Below are positions 14,983 through 30,091 of a stretch of DNA of 64,000 nucleotides, in pieces. The stretch is taken from NCBI RefSeq assembly GCF_009914755.1, contig NC_060945.1; one strand, 5' to 3'. How positions within the stretch are numbered: position 1 is the stretch's first letter; every line of letters begins with the position of its first letter. The notes beneath the pieces are model-generated. The model was given only the letters and a program-made list of their open reading frames with translations, had not been told where the DNA came from and made no database searches. The stretch is from the human T2T-CHM13v2.0 reference genome, Homo sapiens. The translations under genes and the position numbers were made by a program.

Positions 14983-15265
14983 GTAATTTCCATCTTAAAA
15001 GCATTAGCTTAGCTGCTAAGTTGAGAATATGCGGTCGGAAAGCAGGGCAGTTTTAGTAAGACATGTTGGAAATCTGCTTTTCAACATGTAAGATGGTGAT
15101 GTATTGACCCAGGTTGTTAGCAGTGCAGGTGTTGAAAAGCAAGAAATAAATTTTGGAGATAGAGCCAAAGTTTTTACTAGTGGATGAGGTGGGGTTAGGT
15201 ATGACTGCAAACTTTTTAGCCTGAGTAACTGGGAATATAGAGTTGCAGTTATCTAAGTTGAGGAT

Positions 15266-15615
15266 TGATATGGTTTGGCTGTGCCCCACCCACATCTCAA
15301 CTTGAATTTTATGTCCCAGAATTGCTATGTGTTGTGGGAGTGACCCAGTGTGAGGTAATTGAATCGTGGGGGCCGGTCTTTCCCGTGCTATTCTCCTGGT
15401 AGTGACTAAGTCTCACGAGATCTGATGGGTTTATCAGAGTTTGCTGCTTTTGCTTCTTCCTCATTTTTCTCTTGCCCCTGCCATGTAAGAAGTGTCCTTT
15501 GCCTTCTGCCATGATTTTGAGGCCTCCCCAGCCACGTGGAACTGTGAGTCTAGTTAAACCTCTTTTTCTTCCCCATCTCAGGTCTTTATCAGCAGAATGA
15601 AAAGAGATTAATACA
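15266..15615 (+). mobile_element. THE1A/B MaLR solo LTR
   Basis: tgatatggtttggctgtg...taataca termini; near-TSD aggat/agggt. Confidence 0.9.
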
Positions 15616-17848
15616 AGGGTGAACGCAGTAATGCAGGCTTAAGGGCTGTGGAGAATCACAAACCATATCTGGGCATGTTAGGGTATCTGGCAATTTTTAG
15701 TAGGCATTTACTTGGAGTGTGGAATTTAGGAGAGGAGTCCCTGCTGGAGATATATACTTGGATTTTGTCAGCTTGTAGAGTGCATTGAAAGCTACAAACT
15801 GAAGCTATTAATATTACCATCATTAGATTCAAGAAATAGTAAATACATGGACTCATAAAAAATATTTTTTGTATAGTAATACTGTCTCAGCAAGTAGACA
15901 GTTGGAGAAAACAAGTTTAGATTTTGTGTCATCATTATAGAGTCCCATAATCTGACATGGATTTATAGTTAAATATTTATGTGAAGCAGCTATTAAAAAC
16001 AATGGTAAGATTTATTAGAATGATATAATTTAGGTCATTCAAGGTTGCCTTGTTCCCCTGTACCATCTGTTTTTCATTTTAAGGTGTATATAAACTCTAA
16101 TGATATAATTTTCAAACTTTATTTATTTTAGTTTTGCTTTCTTGTCTTTCCAATGTGCAACACATTCCTATTTGTGATATCCCTCAGTCCAGGTGAAAGT
16201 GTGTGGATAAAGATCTTCCCAACTCACATGCCCAACCTCCTTCCCCACTTCCACCCTAACCCTCACCTCTTTAATAGCCCTTTCTCTACTGAAAATATCA
16301 CTGATAAAGTGACTAGCTATTTTACTATTGCAGTTCTCAAACAAAAAGCACAGTATGGTGGAGAGAACCTTTAGCTTCATGGTGTTTTGATCCGTAAATT
16401 TAATCTACATTTTTGTATGTGCATTTACGAGTGCTTCATGAATGTCTCCTTTTTCATTATTAGGTGCTATAGGTTGAACATAGAATATTAGGACTAGCAT
16501 ATAAGCCTTGTATTATTTAGTTAGTTTGTAGTTGTGACCTTATTTCTCGAGTGCTTTCAGATATACTTCTTCATTAGATGCTCATAAAAGCCATGTGAGG
16601 TAGGCAGGATGTGGGAACCCCATATATACCTTAAAAAACTGAGGCTCCAAGTGTTTTGGTCCCGCTGAAGGTACAGAGTTTCATGACAAAATGAGAACCC
16701 AGGTCTTTTGTATCTAATAAATATATATGTAGGTGTGTGTATAGTGGAAATATACACATGCACATTTGTGAATGTATATATATTTCAATATATGCCTATG
16801 TGAGTGTGTCTCCTCATAACAAGACAGATGGTAATATATATAGTGAAATGTGCCAGAGGAAAAAAAATATATTGTTATCTGTTTATGTAAGAATGCTAAA
16901 ATGTTTGCAACTGTCTACAAAGAAAGAAATTGTTAATGTTTTTAATTAACATTCAAACAATTTAAATTTTCATTGTGTGATTAGTTTTAATAGCTTATTT
17001 TATATTACTTGAGAATCTAATACATATACCTATTAAGTCATTAAATTCAAAATGACTATTCAGAAGATGCATATTTAATAAAATAAAATAACCAAGTTTG
17101 ACAGGTTATTTTAAAACACTTACAGACCAAGATTTCCAAAGGTGTGTTTAAAAAGTAATAGATGGCATCAACTTTAACTGTCAGCAAAGTCAGTCCTTAT
17201 GGAGTTGCCTAAGAAATGTGATTCATTTGAAAGTCATATTTGATAATTCTAGGGTAATATTCAATCTAAATTTAAATTTCATTTACATTAAGTGAAAGCT
17301 CAAATTTTTATTTTTGTTTTTAATTCTGTGGTATAACTCTCTCCTTTTTGGAAACTACCACTTGGCTTAAGAGTTAATCATGATTTTGAGAGCACTCTTA
17401 GTTCTGAGATGGAAAGTAATATAGTAGTACCTTCTTCTAAAGAGTTTTTTTTATGAGTGAATTGAATGTCATTGAAGGACAGCAGTGGACATAGTTGAGA
17501 AAAGGAATAAAGACAAAGATTGGTTCACAAATTTAATCTAATGCTAATGAGACTTCTTATTTAGTTTGTGTAAATAAAATAATACATGTAATTAGTGCTG
17601 AGCAGCATATGGAACCCATTGGGAATGTGTATTTCTATGTGTATTTCAAGGGCACCAGAGTCATTTTGTTTACAAGTACATAAACTGTAATGTAACTTTC
17701 CACTACAGGCGGCAACATCTTAAAATATTTCACACATATCTGTTTCCTGATGTATTTTAATAATCTTCTTCCCCAAATATTAAATTTGAATTCTACTCAA
17801 CTTTCAGTTGGACTCTACTCTTAAGTAATATTAAAATGTTTCATACCC

Positions 17849-18141
17849 TTTTTTTTTGAGATGGAGTCTTGCTCTGTTGCCCAGGCTGGAGTGCAGTGGT
17901 ATGATCTTGGCTCCTTGCAAATTCTGCTTAATGGGTTCAAGTGAGTCTCCGGCCTCAGCCTCCCGTGTAGCTAGGATTACAGACTCACGCTACCACACCT
18001 GGCTAGTTTTTGTATTTTTAGTAGAGACAGGGTTTCGCCATGTTGGCCATGCTGGTCTAGAACTCCTGACCTCAGGCGATCCACCCATCTTGGCCTCCCA
18101 AAGTGCTAAGGGATTACAGGTGTGAGCCACCGCTCCCGGCC
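17849..18141 (-). mobile_element. AluS (Sx/Sz-like)
   Basis: Full antisense dimer; TSD tgtttcatacc. Confidence 0.93.
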
Positions 18142-18630
18142 TGTTTCATACCATTTTATTTATTATATCTGTAAATGAACTTATGCTAGTTTCATGCCTG
18201 ACCCTCCATATGCATTCAACAGAAGCTTGCATACATGATGAGAGAATGAATTCCTATAAACATTGAACATTCTTCTGTAAAAACTTCTTGATCTTGCAGG
18301 TTATTATAACACTGGTATTTCAAAAGACACTGGCTCTAGTTAGTTTTGGACGTCAGGTTTTTAGCTCCTAGGGCACCATATTCCTCTCATTCCTAATTTT
18401 TTCTGTTTCATTGATATTTTACTGTACTATGTTTATCCATTTGTGAAATATGAATTAAACATTAACTTTTGATATGATTTGATCAACATACTTACTAATA
18501 GATGTCAATTGGAAGTGAAGATAACACACTTTTGATTGTAGAGGAATGTGATAGTCATTGGTTGACTGAGTGGAGGATTTGAGTTATAATAAAAAAAAGA
18601 TTACTATCTTTTATTTAGAAGACAGATTCC

Positions 18631-18890
<260 letters not shown>

Positions 18891-19032
18891 TCAGTGCTTC
18901 CACATTTCTCACTGTGTCATGTAAAGGTAATCCCCACTAAGAGTCGTGTAAGTAGCTAACTCACTAAAGTGCATGCAATCTGTTGTTGAACCTCAAATTT
19001 TAAGGAAGCAAGAGATAGTCCTTTGACTCAGC

Positions 19033-19038
19033 CGTGTG

Positions 19039-19076
<38 letters not shown>
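19033..19076. repeat. (GT)n microsatellite
   Basis: About 18 perfect GT units. Confidence 0.97.
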
Positions 19077-19078
<2 letters not shown>

Positions 19079-19263
19079 AAGCACATATAGGTGATGAGTA
19101 TTAGAAGGGGGAAATCTTGCAAAGCCACACCACATCACAATAAAAAATGTGCTATTCTTCTGAGTTGACTCTAATGGTAGGGTATAGATCCCGGGGAGTC
19201 TTGGAAGAACATCTTTATGATTTAAGATGTCAGAGGTTTTCTGAGTAAAGGAAATGTTCCAGA

Positions 19264-19349
19264 TCATCATTCTCTTCCTTTTTCTATTGAGCTCATCATT
19301 CTCTTCCTTTTTCTATTGAGCTCATCATTCTCCTTTCTCTATTGAGCTC
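19264..19349. repeat. Tandem repeat, 29-bp unit x3
   Basis: tcatcattctcttcctttttctattgagc twice exact, third copy shortened. Confidence 0.93.
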
Positions 19350-20204
19350 GTTAAAAGAGTAGTTCCCCGCCTTTCTATAAGATCACGTTAATATAATCAG
19401 AGACTCCACTTCCAACAGGATGATGAAAATATATGTTTATTTGTTTTAAGCTGGATTTCTAATGTTTGCATAAATGAGTAACCTTGAGGAAAATAGCATT
19501 ACTATTCATTCTCCTTTTTCTTCTTATTATTTTTTTCTGTTTTGAAAGCTGGAAATAAGCCTCAGACATAGCCTTCCCTTCTAGGTTTTCTTAAATGGCT
19601 GTATGTTAGCACATCTTTATCTACAAAAGTAGATTTAGGAAATTAATAACCCAATTAACATTGTAAATTAAAGGTGGTAACACACTTGTTCAAATCTGGA
19701 TTGATTCTAAGTCTCAGACACTTAAATTTAGAGATTTTGGCAAGAACCACCAAGTGGCTGAAATAAATGAAGAAAACAGGAACAGTGCCAATTAGAACAC
19801 TGGAAGAAACCCAGAATTCAGTCATTTAATGAAGTGTTTAATATTGCAGAGCATGTTATTGTGATATATTTTATGTCAAAGTGCTAAATATATTTGATCA
19901 TTTCAAATGATCTCTGCCACCATTTTATAAAGTGTTCATGTTTGGAACACTCATTTCACCATACATATTTGTAGGTTCTGTAAAATTTGAAGCCATTAAT
20001 TAAGATTGCTAATTTTAAATGAAGTATTTTTCCCAGCTTATTATACTTTCTAATCTAAACCTCATATAAACTAAGAAATAGACCCAACTCCAAAATAATA
20101 TATTTAGAAAGCCAGTATATTTAGAATCCAAATATATGTTTATTGAACTAAATTTGACATTAATTTATGAACAAATTTGTGAATATGTGAAATATCCAGT
20201 TTTT

Positions 20205-22275
20205 TAAAGTTTTATTTTATTTAGAATTTTCACATAATTGTACATATTTATGAGGTACAGTGTGATATTTCAATGCATGTATACATTGTATAAGGATCAA
20301 ATCAAAGTAATTAGCATATCCATTACTTTAAACATTTGTTGTTTCTTTGTAGTGATAACATTAAAATCCTTTCTTGAAATATACAATACATTACTACTAG
20401 CTATAGTCACTCAACTGTGTGATAGAACACCCGAAATTATTGTTCCTAAGTGTAACTTTGTACCCTTTGACCAATCTCTTCCTATCTCCCCATGCTTTCC
20501 CCTCCCTAGCCTCTGGTAACCATTATGCCACTTTCTGCTTTTATGAGATCAACTATTTTAGATTCCTCATATGAGCGAGGTCATGTGGTGCTTGTCTTTC
20601 TGTACCTGTGTAATTTCATTTGTTATAATATCCTCCAGATTCATCCATGTTGCCACAAATGACAGGATTTTATTCTGCTTTATGGATGAATAGTATTGCA
20701 TTATGTATATTTACATATTTTTTTCTTCATTCATTCATAATTGGTCACTTAGGTTGATTTTATATCTTGGCTTTTGTGAATAGTGCTGCAATAAAAATGG
20801 AAGTGCAGAATCTCCTTGACATATTGATTTCCTTTCCTTTGACTATATATACCCAGTAATGAGATCGCTGAATCATTTGATAGTTTTCTTTTTAAGTTTT
20901 TGAGGAATCTCCATGTTGTTTTCCATAGTGGCTGTACTCAGTTACATTCTTACCAACAGTGTGTAACAGTTTCCCCTTCTCCACATTCTCATCAAATTTG
21001 TTAATTTTTATCTTATTGATTACAGCCATTCGAAGTGGGTTGAGGTAAATACTTTATTGTGGTTTTGATTTGCATTTTCCTGATGATTAGTGATGTTGAG
21101 CTATATATATATATAATGTTTATATATTATATATATTTATGTATATTATATATAATATTTATATATTATATATATTTATGTATTATATGTATTTATGTAT
21201 ATTATATATAATACTTATATATTACATATAATATTTATGTATATTATATATAATATTTATATATTATATATATTTATGTATATTATAGATAACCTAGAAA
21301 GATATATATTATATAATATATATAATCTTATATAAAATATATTATATATAATATTTATATATAATATATATTATATGTAAATATTATATATTATATATAA
21401 ATATTATATATTATATATAATATAATACATTTATTATATATTATATATATAATATAATTATTATATATGTTATATAATATATAATATAATATAATATATA
21501 ATATAATATATAATATAATATATAAATTATATATAATAATTTATATATAATATATAATATATATTAATATATTATATATAATATATAAATATAAATTATT
21601 TATATATTTTCCGATTGTATGTCTTCTTTTGGGAAATGTCTAGTCAGGTCTTTTGCCTATTTTTAATAGGGTTTTGTTGTTGTTGTTGTCGTTTTTCCTT
21701 TTTTTTTCTGTTGAGTTGTTCGAGTTGCTCATATTTTGGAAATTAGCACTTGTCAGATACGTAGTTTGCAAATACTTTCTCCCATTCTGTAGGTTGTTTC
21801 TTCACTCTATTGTTTCCTTAGCTGTGCAGAAGTTTTTAGTTTGATGTAATAGAATTTGTCTATTTGTGCTTTTATTTGTGCATTTGAGGTCTTATTCAAA
21901 AAATTATTGTCCAGACCAATGTCATGGGAGCTTTTCCTTAGTTTTCACCTGGTAGTTTAATAGTTGGGATCTTACATTTGCCTTCAATCCATTTTCATTT
22001 AATTTTTCTAAATGGTGAAAGATGAGGTCTAGTTTCACCCCACTGTCTGCATGTGGATATTTAGTTTTCCAGAGCCATTTATTGAAGAGACTGTCCTTTC
22101 CCTGATGTGTATTTTTTGGTGCCATTGTAGAAAATCAGTTGGCTGTAAATGTATGGATTTATTTCTGGGTTTTCTGTTTTGTTCCATTGTTGTATGTATC
22201 TATTTCTATGCCAGTACCATACTGTTTTGGTTACCATAACTTTGTAGTGCTTTTTGAAGTCAGGTAGTGTGATGA
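20205..22275 (-). mobile_element. L1MA-type LINE 3' portion (ORF2 end and 3' UTR), split by an AT-rich repeat
   Basis: Antisense L1 3' UTR (cataattgtacatatttatgaggtac) and ORF2-like peptides in the track ([19 protein letters not shown]). Confidence 0.9.
21102..21608. repeat. ~500-bp (TA)-rich minisatellite
   Basis: Almost pure A/T with tatat/tataa sub-periodicity. Confidence 0.95.
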
Positions 22276-22279
22276 AATA

Positions 22280-22697
22280 TCCAGGTTTAGAAGGAAGTAA
22301 AAAGTAGAACACAGGATATTATGGACTGGGAAGGTTAGGAGAAAGGGAATGATAGAAAATTTTTAAAGACTATAAAAATACAACTAGACAGCAGGAATAA
22401 GTCCTAGGGTTCTATACCACAATAAGATGACTATAGTTATCAATAATATATTATATAATTTTAAATAGCAAAAAGGAGGAATGTTCCCAACAAAATGATA
22501 AATGCTTGAGATGTTGTATATGCTAATTACCCTGATCTGATCATTATACACTCTATGTATGTACACATCTCTATATACCTAATAAATATGTACAATTATG
22601 TTATTTTTAAAAATAAAATACAATAATAAAAAATCACATGTAGCCCATAAATATATATAATTATTATGTATTGATAAAAAATTTTAAATAAAAAAAT
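22280..22697 (+). mobile_element. L1MA-type 3' UTR, opposite orientation, with two successive tail ends
   Basis: tgctaattaccctgatctgatcattatac...ataaatatgtacaattatg then a second cccataaatatatataattattatg plus A-rich tail. Confidence 0.8.
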
Positions 22698-22879
22698 GGT
22701 ATTCACTATTTCTAGGTCTTAAAAAATTTTTTAAATGTTTAATTTTATAGAAAACCCAACAAAATATTTCTTCAAAAAATTTGAAATGACTATTTAATAT
22801 ATAGGTACAAAATATCTGATATATAATTCATGAGAACACCAGACACCAGTTTGACTTATAATTTGTCTTTCATATTCTT

Positions 22880-23193
<314 letters not shown>

Positions 23194-24750
23194 TCATATT
23201 CTTAATTCTATAACAATTACAACAATTCATGGTATGTTGTTATTAAAGTGAGTTTTATAGAGGAAGGCTGTTACAATATCTCATTTTTAACCCATGTATT
23301 ATATATAGTTATCGTTTTAATAGTAACTGAAAATAGGAAAGTTTAGATACATAAGTAAAGATGTGCACACACACATGCATACATTTATAAACTGCCTTTT
23401 CTTAAGTGAGAATTTCACATTTTCAAAAAAATAATTGTGTATGTAAGAGTTTTGTTTTTACCTTACTGTCAAGAGAGTTCGATCATTATCATCTGGACAA
23501 TGGGCTAAAATGTAGGAGTTGTTCTGTCTTATAATATCAGAAAAATAAAGGACCTATTTTATTTCATAGATGAATTAAAACACAAAAATATATTAATATA
23601 GTAGCATAATTTTACCAGGGGCCTGTTACTTTCTGAATTGGAGTATCTAAAGGAAATTTGGGGTACTGTGTTCTATTTACAAATGACTAGCAAGACTGAT
23701 TGCGGGATGAATGACCCTCCTTTATTCATGTGCTCTGTATAAAGGAGAATTTTGTCATTAATAATAATGATTGTAATACTGTGTGTTGAATGTAAACCAT
23801 CACTACTTTACACATTAAAACCTATCCTAATTTAATTAATACAATTAGCCATCGCTGCATCTTCAACAAAAAATTATAAAATTCTTATCTGGATTGATTA
23901 AATTTAGTTGAGCCCTTAATCCTGATCATTCTGCTTGTTTTTGATAAATAATTTGAAAATAAATTCAAATTCATTCAAATTACACCTTGATTTCAAGTAG
24001 GAATAGTTTAATAGTGTTCCAAAAAAAGGAATGTTAAACTATTGAGGTATTCTTGACAACTCTTAGAGCTGATGATAAGAAGGTTCATAGATAGGAAGGC
24101 AGGAATGACTTATTATTAAGTCATCTGAGTAAATCTGTCATTGAAACCTAACATAGCATAGTACAACTTTGAGCAAATCAAGACTCTGCTGAATGCCCTC
24201 AGTTGTAAAATAATAGTGTTGTACTTTACAATCACTGACTGAGCCCCATTTTAGTTCTTTCATAATTATTTTTGGAAATAGTGATTTTCATTTTGTTAAA
24301 AAAACACTATTGGCATGTATAACAAATAATTTATAATATCTTCCACAAAAGCTCTCACATTAACCCAAGGAAGGCATTGAACATGCAAATAAAATATAAT
24401 TCAAAGTCTGTGTTAAATCTTGAGACTCAAAGCTCCTATGTCCCAAATGTTTGGGTCTGTGACACATGGATTGTCAAATTCAGAATCAGAGTAATGTTTT
24501 GTACAACTAGTAGCTCCAGCACTGTTCCCTGTGGTCTCTGGATGGAAGAGGCAGTCAAACAGATGGGTCCTAATAGCCTTCTAAGACGTGAATCAAGGAG
24601 CCTCATCAGCAAGGCTGATGGTTGCCTTTTACATTATCCTTGTGATGAACAAAACCCTTGGGCCTGACTGGCAGCTTCTTCTTTACCTCCCTTCACTTCA
24701 AGGCTTTCCAGGATACAATTCCCAAAAGCCCTGAATGTACTCTTCCGCAG

Positions 24751-24800
24751 AGGGAAGGCTGTAGAAGTCTTTGCAAGCTTCATACAGAGAAATACAAAAG
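24751..24800 (+). other. Candidate 50-nt non-coding exon
   Basis: Acceptor tactcttccgcag| and donor aag|gtgtga in repeat-free DNA; no transcript evidence available. Confidence 0.3.
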
Positions 24801-25819
24801 GTGTGATGCCATTAACTGGTCCTTTCTAAAGCATTAGGAATTTAGTGAAACTCTCAAACACAAAACTGAAAAGCCATTTGAACAAATCTCATATACTTGT
24901 AGATAAGCTTTTTTTTATTTAAAGCATACAAATTCAAATCTTTCAAGCAGAAAATTCAGTCAAGTGAGATCCATTGGTGGTTTGAGTTCAAAGTCAGTGA
25001 GCAAATGGAAATCATTGCGGCATCTCTCTCATTTCCCTAGTGGACATTAGACCACTCAAAATGTGTCACATAATTTACAGCCCCTTGGTAGTAATTGAAT
25101 ATACACGTTGAGAGTGCACTGGCAGAACACTTAAGAAAGATTGAATGCAGGAGGACCAGCTTACGTTATTTTTGGCTCTACTCTGGTTTTTGCTTTTAAT
25201 GTTTTTTCTTGAGATTAATTTCAATTGGGTTGTTCCATCCTATTCAAACAAATGCTTTGAGAGAAGAGATGAACAGCAGCATCAAATAAATTGTGATATT
25301 TAGTTTCAGAGACATCAGGTGTTGTAATCAAATAAGACAGAAGGACAAAGTAAAATCTGTGATTTGCCATAAATGAATTTAAGCTGTAAGAATAGCAGAA
25401 TTGAGAGGTAGATTAGCAATATGACTTTTGAACTATTATCTAAATGTAGGGTGAGATTTTCAAGATTTATTTTAATATATAACATTTTTGCTAATATTTA
25501 GGAAAACAAAGAATTTTGTAGTTAAAAGTGTGAAACATTAAAATTATCTGTCTTTAAATATTAATTATTCTAAATCTCTCTTTTGTGTATCTGTTACTAG
25601 ACACTTTTAATTCTTAGACACATATTTTATGAAGAGTTATTCTTAAAATGGTATGCTTTGTTTGCCAGTCAACATGGAATCTCCCTAGGTATAACCTTTA
25701 ATATTTAAGAGAATACAGATCAAAATAGTAGAGATTTCAACTTGATTTTATAAAGACGTCCAAGTATTCTGAACTTATAATAGGAAAATGAGTCCTGATA
25801 GAAATTGTCATTTGAAAAT

Positions 25820-26085
25820 TTCCTTCCTTCTCCTCTTTCTCCTCCTCCTTCTTCCTCAGAGCGAGTATGTGGTATCCACTGTGTACACGCACACAACATA
25901 AAAAAATGGAGGTCCGTGGTACAATATGTGCATGTGTGTTTGTATGTGTGTGTGCATATATGTATACACACACGTATATATATATATACACAGAGGTATA
26001 TATATACACACACATATATATACACTAAAATTTCATATATATTAAATATAAATTATATTAAATATACAACATATATATTAATCTT
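25820..26085. repeat. (CTC/CTT) pyrimidine tract followed by (TG)/(CA)/(TA) low complexity
   Basis: Directly visible. Confidence 0.8.
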
Positions 26086-26668
26086 TACAATCTGTTACAC
26101 TCTTCCTTTGAGTGCCCAGATTAACTGGCTACTAACATTTACTTTAATATATTGCTTTTTATTGAGACAAAAACAGTGGAAAAAAAGTAATTAATCACAA
26201 ACTACTTATAAAGTTAATATTTTCCCATGCTGAAGATAAATGAGAACATGTGCAAGCAACTTAATAGCAATACAAATCTATGTGAGTATTCACAAGGAAG
26301 AATTTCTCTCTCAGATATTTTGTCTGGATTTCAACTTGCTAAGTAGACTATATACCTAAAAAAATTTTTTTAAGGCACGACATTTCTTTTTCTGCTATTT
26401 AATATGTAAATAATTGCATATTAAGAAATAATTTTTTGCTTTTGCAGATAAAAGGATGAAAACACAGACTCTTAGCTATCCAAAGCAATCTTATCATATT
26501 CATATATTTATTTGCTATATCTAAACATACATACATATTTACCTATTAACTTTATCTTACTTCCAATTTACTTTTGTTTTTCTCCTGATATCTTAGCCCC
26601 TTTATCTTTAAAATCTTAATATTGTTTTCTTCTAAATCAGTCTGGTGTTTTTTTCCCCTTTCCTCAAG

Positions 26669-26948
<280 letters not shown>

Positions 26949-29339
26949 ACATAGCTCCTCAAATGTTTTTAATACTTGTTAACCTGTCACCAAACCAAAA
27001 ACTGTCTTTCATTTCATATGTGACGTACCATCATTTTAAATCTTTTATATGTATTACTTTGCTTTCCATAACAAATTGGTGTTTATATGGTAGATAGAAG
27101 TCATTGTTCATGACATTCGTCATTTAGTATTAAGAGCATCTTTATGCGTGCTGTGTATAATTCATAATAGTTAAAAACAATTCATAATAGTAAAAAACTG
27201 GAACATTTCTCAGAAAAAGTAATATCACCCTCCTTTTTAAAACAAAGCTAAATCCTGTTAATTTTCCCTTGGTGAGAAATAGCACCACACATTACAGCCT
27301 TTAATGGCTTAAATAAACATGTATAATGCACAGTATAAATTTGAAAAGTAGTCAAAATCCTCTCTATCCTCCATCTTTGAACAAACTGTGCTGCCTCATT
27401 TGCAGAGATTTGCAGTAAAAATCAAAGATGGCTTACATTTTTACACTATGTCAATATTTCTTTCTCTGTTTCCTGTTACTTACATCAGAATGATGGGCTC
27501 TTTTCGTAAAGCAGTGACTGAAGGCCAAAAGGGAACTTACAAAAGGGCATTATACAAATTCTAAATATAAAACTCCCCAAAAAGGGAAAATGATGTTCAG
27601 ATACAATAAAAATAAATTATAGAATAAAAATGAGAAAAGTTATAGTCGTTTTTTGTACAATAATACAGTGTATAAAGGCTAACGTCAGTAATGTCAACTT
27701 TGTTGAATGGAAAATCCTGAACTGGCAGTTGACTCTATTTCTGTCAAATCCTGCTTTTATGTTATGTCACTCTCTGATTACTCAGACCTTTCTCTATCCT
27801 ACTATGAAACTGAGTGATTCTCAGAAAGGAACCAGGACATTCTATCACTTAATGCCAAACACGTTAAAACGAAAGCTATGAACAGGCTTCCCAACATTTT
27901 GTAGGGTTAAAAAAGAAAAAAGAAAAAAAAACTTCAATTAACTCAAATTGAATATGTTCACAAATCTCAAATGCACAAATGAACATTTTTTATAACAGGT
28001 TTATTCTAATAAGTCAAATCCATCCCTCATACAGATATCTCCATGCTTTATGAATAATAGAATGATGTGAAAATATAAAGTAGGGTTCATGAAGGTGAAG
28101 CTGAATGCAACTAGAAAAGCAACTACCAAAATAAAAATACGGAACACAGTGGTAGATAGACATTACTATGGCAACCTCCGATCCTTACTAAGAAGTTAGT
28201 GATCATTGAGATCTTTCTGATAACCTGATTGCTTTTGTTTTCTCATTCACCTGGACAATAAATACTTACTGAGTAGATATCTCTCTCGATTATAGCGACT
28301 GACTACCTAGTCATGGTTCCATGCTCTCAGGGAGATTACAGTCTTGTAATGGTAAACGCATTTTCAAAATAACAAGAAATTCACCTCCGGGCTAAAATTA
28401 TTTTTTAGCTATTAATTATTGTTTTTATAGTTCATTCTAAGTAGAGGGGACAAGGTTATTATCATATAATGTGACTTGTATTAAGATTGCTAAAAGCAGG
28501 GGGGCTGATTTCATTCAAAGAACTGTGGGAGAGAATGCCTCACTCTCAACTTAGTGACATGACTTTTGTTTTCATTACATTTAAATACAGCTTTGTTTTC
28601 CTATGGCGGTAACCCATAACAGTATGAAGCACAGACAGTGCATTATTCAGGTTTAATTTGGGCATGGTTGAACTGCTGGGAGTGACTATCAATTACACTG
28701 GTATTTTAACATTTGTATGAAGAATTATGTGCCAAAATATTCTAAAATTTAAAATTTCATAGAGAAACTGCTTGAATAAGTGTTCCATATACTCACTCAC
28801 TCTGAATTTTTTGGCATCTGAATGTGTAGAAAGTTTGCAGGTGAACATGTGCTTGTCAATACATTGTCACTGACCTCCTCCCATTCATGTTGCTGGTCAT
28901 TGGCAATTTCTTCTTCTGGATGCTGGAATTTTTTCACTGAGTCCTATGAGAAGCTATTAAGGGGCCAGAGACCCAATGTATTCGGTCTACTACCCACTGT
29001 CCCATGTTTTTCATCCCTATCAGTGTAAGTGATCTGTCCTGAGAGCACCGTCATCTATTAAGCGAAATGCAGATCCCCGGGACTCCAAGTAAAGGACATT
29101 CAGGCATAATTGAGGTGAAATATATGGTTATGGACAGAGACTCTTTGAAATTTTACTGAATATTTTGGATTCCTAAATGGTTACCTTCAAGACACTGTGA
29201 GTAGCATATACATGTGTGTGCTTGTACATTTGTACAAGCACATGAACACGGAGGTAACATAAATGCATTTCATCCCAGAAAAACAAGGATAATAATAATG
29301 ATAAGTCAGAAAACTAAAAGCTAAGTAAATACTTTCAGT

Positions 29340-29560
29340 AATGAACTTCTAATATTTCAAGCACTGTTTATTAATTAACTTTATCTTCAACAGCAACCTT
29401 GTGTTAGGTAATAGCATTACCATTCTGTAGAGGAGTAAACTGAGACGCAGCAAGATTAAGTTATATGTGCAAGGATAAATAGGGAGTAATGGAAGAGCCG
29501 GAGTTTGAATCTGAATAATCCAACTTCAAAGTGTTAATCACCACTCCAGGCTGCCTCTCA
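29340..29560 (-). mobile_element. MIR
   Basis: ccattctgtagaggagtaaactgagacgcag...gagccggagtttgaatc antisense MIR. Confidence 0.75.
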
Positions 29561-29785
29561 GCCAGTTGAACCTCATAAAATTCAAGACTATAATAAGTGG
29601 TCAAAAACCTAAGACGAAACTCTGCTTACATGGTTATTTAATATTTGATTGACAATGAAAAATAATTTTAATGCATAAAGTCATGTTGAATGTAACTACA
29701 ATATTAAAGATCATAAAGAGTAAAGTAAGTAAAATAGAAAAATCAAAATAAAATAAAAATAATTATGTTTAAGAAAGAGGATTAT

Positions 29786-30091
29786 GCTGGGTGCAGTGAC
29801 TCACGCCTCTAATCCCAGCACTTTGGGAGGCTGAGGTGGGTGGATCACTTGAGGTCAGGAGTTCAAGACCAGCCTGGCCAACATGGTGAAACCTTATCTC
29901 TAGTAAAAATACAAAATTAGCTGGGCATGGTGGCATGTGCCTGTAATCCCAGCTACTAGGGAGGCTGAGGCAGGAGAATCACTTGAACCCAGGAGGTGGA
30001 AAGCGGAGGTTGCGGTGAGCCGAGATTGCGCCACTGTACTCCAACCTGGGCAATAGAGTGAGATTCCATCTTTAAAAAAAAAAAAAAAAAA
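29786..30091 (+). mobile_element. AluS (Sz/Sx-like)
   Basis: Full dimer, A-tail, TSD aggattat. Confidence 0.94.

Noticed and set aside
25720-26194. Overlapping ORFs here and at 38717-39210
   Set aside because: Stop-poor dinucleotide microsatellite sequence giving Y/I/H/T/V/C-rich peptides.
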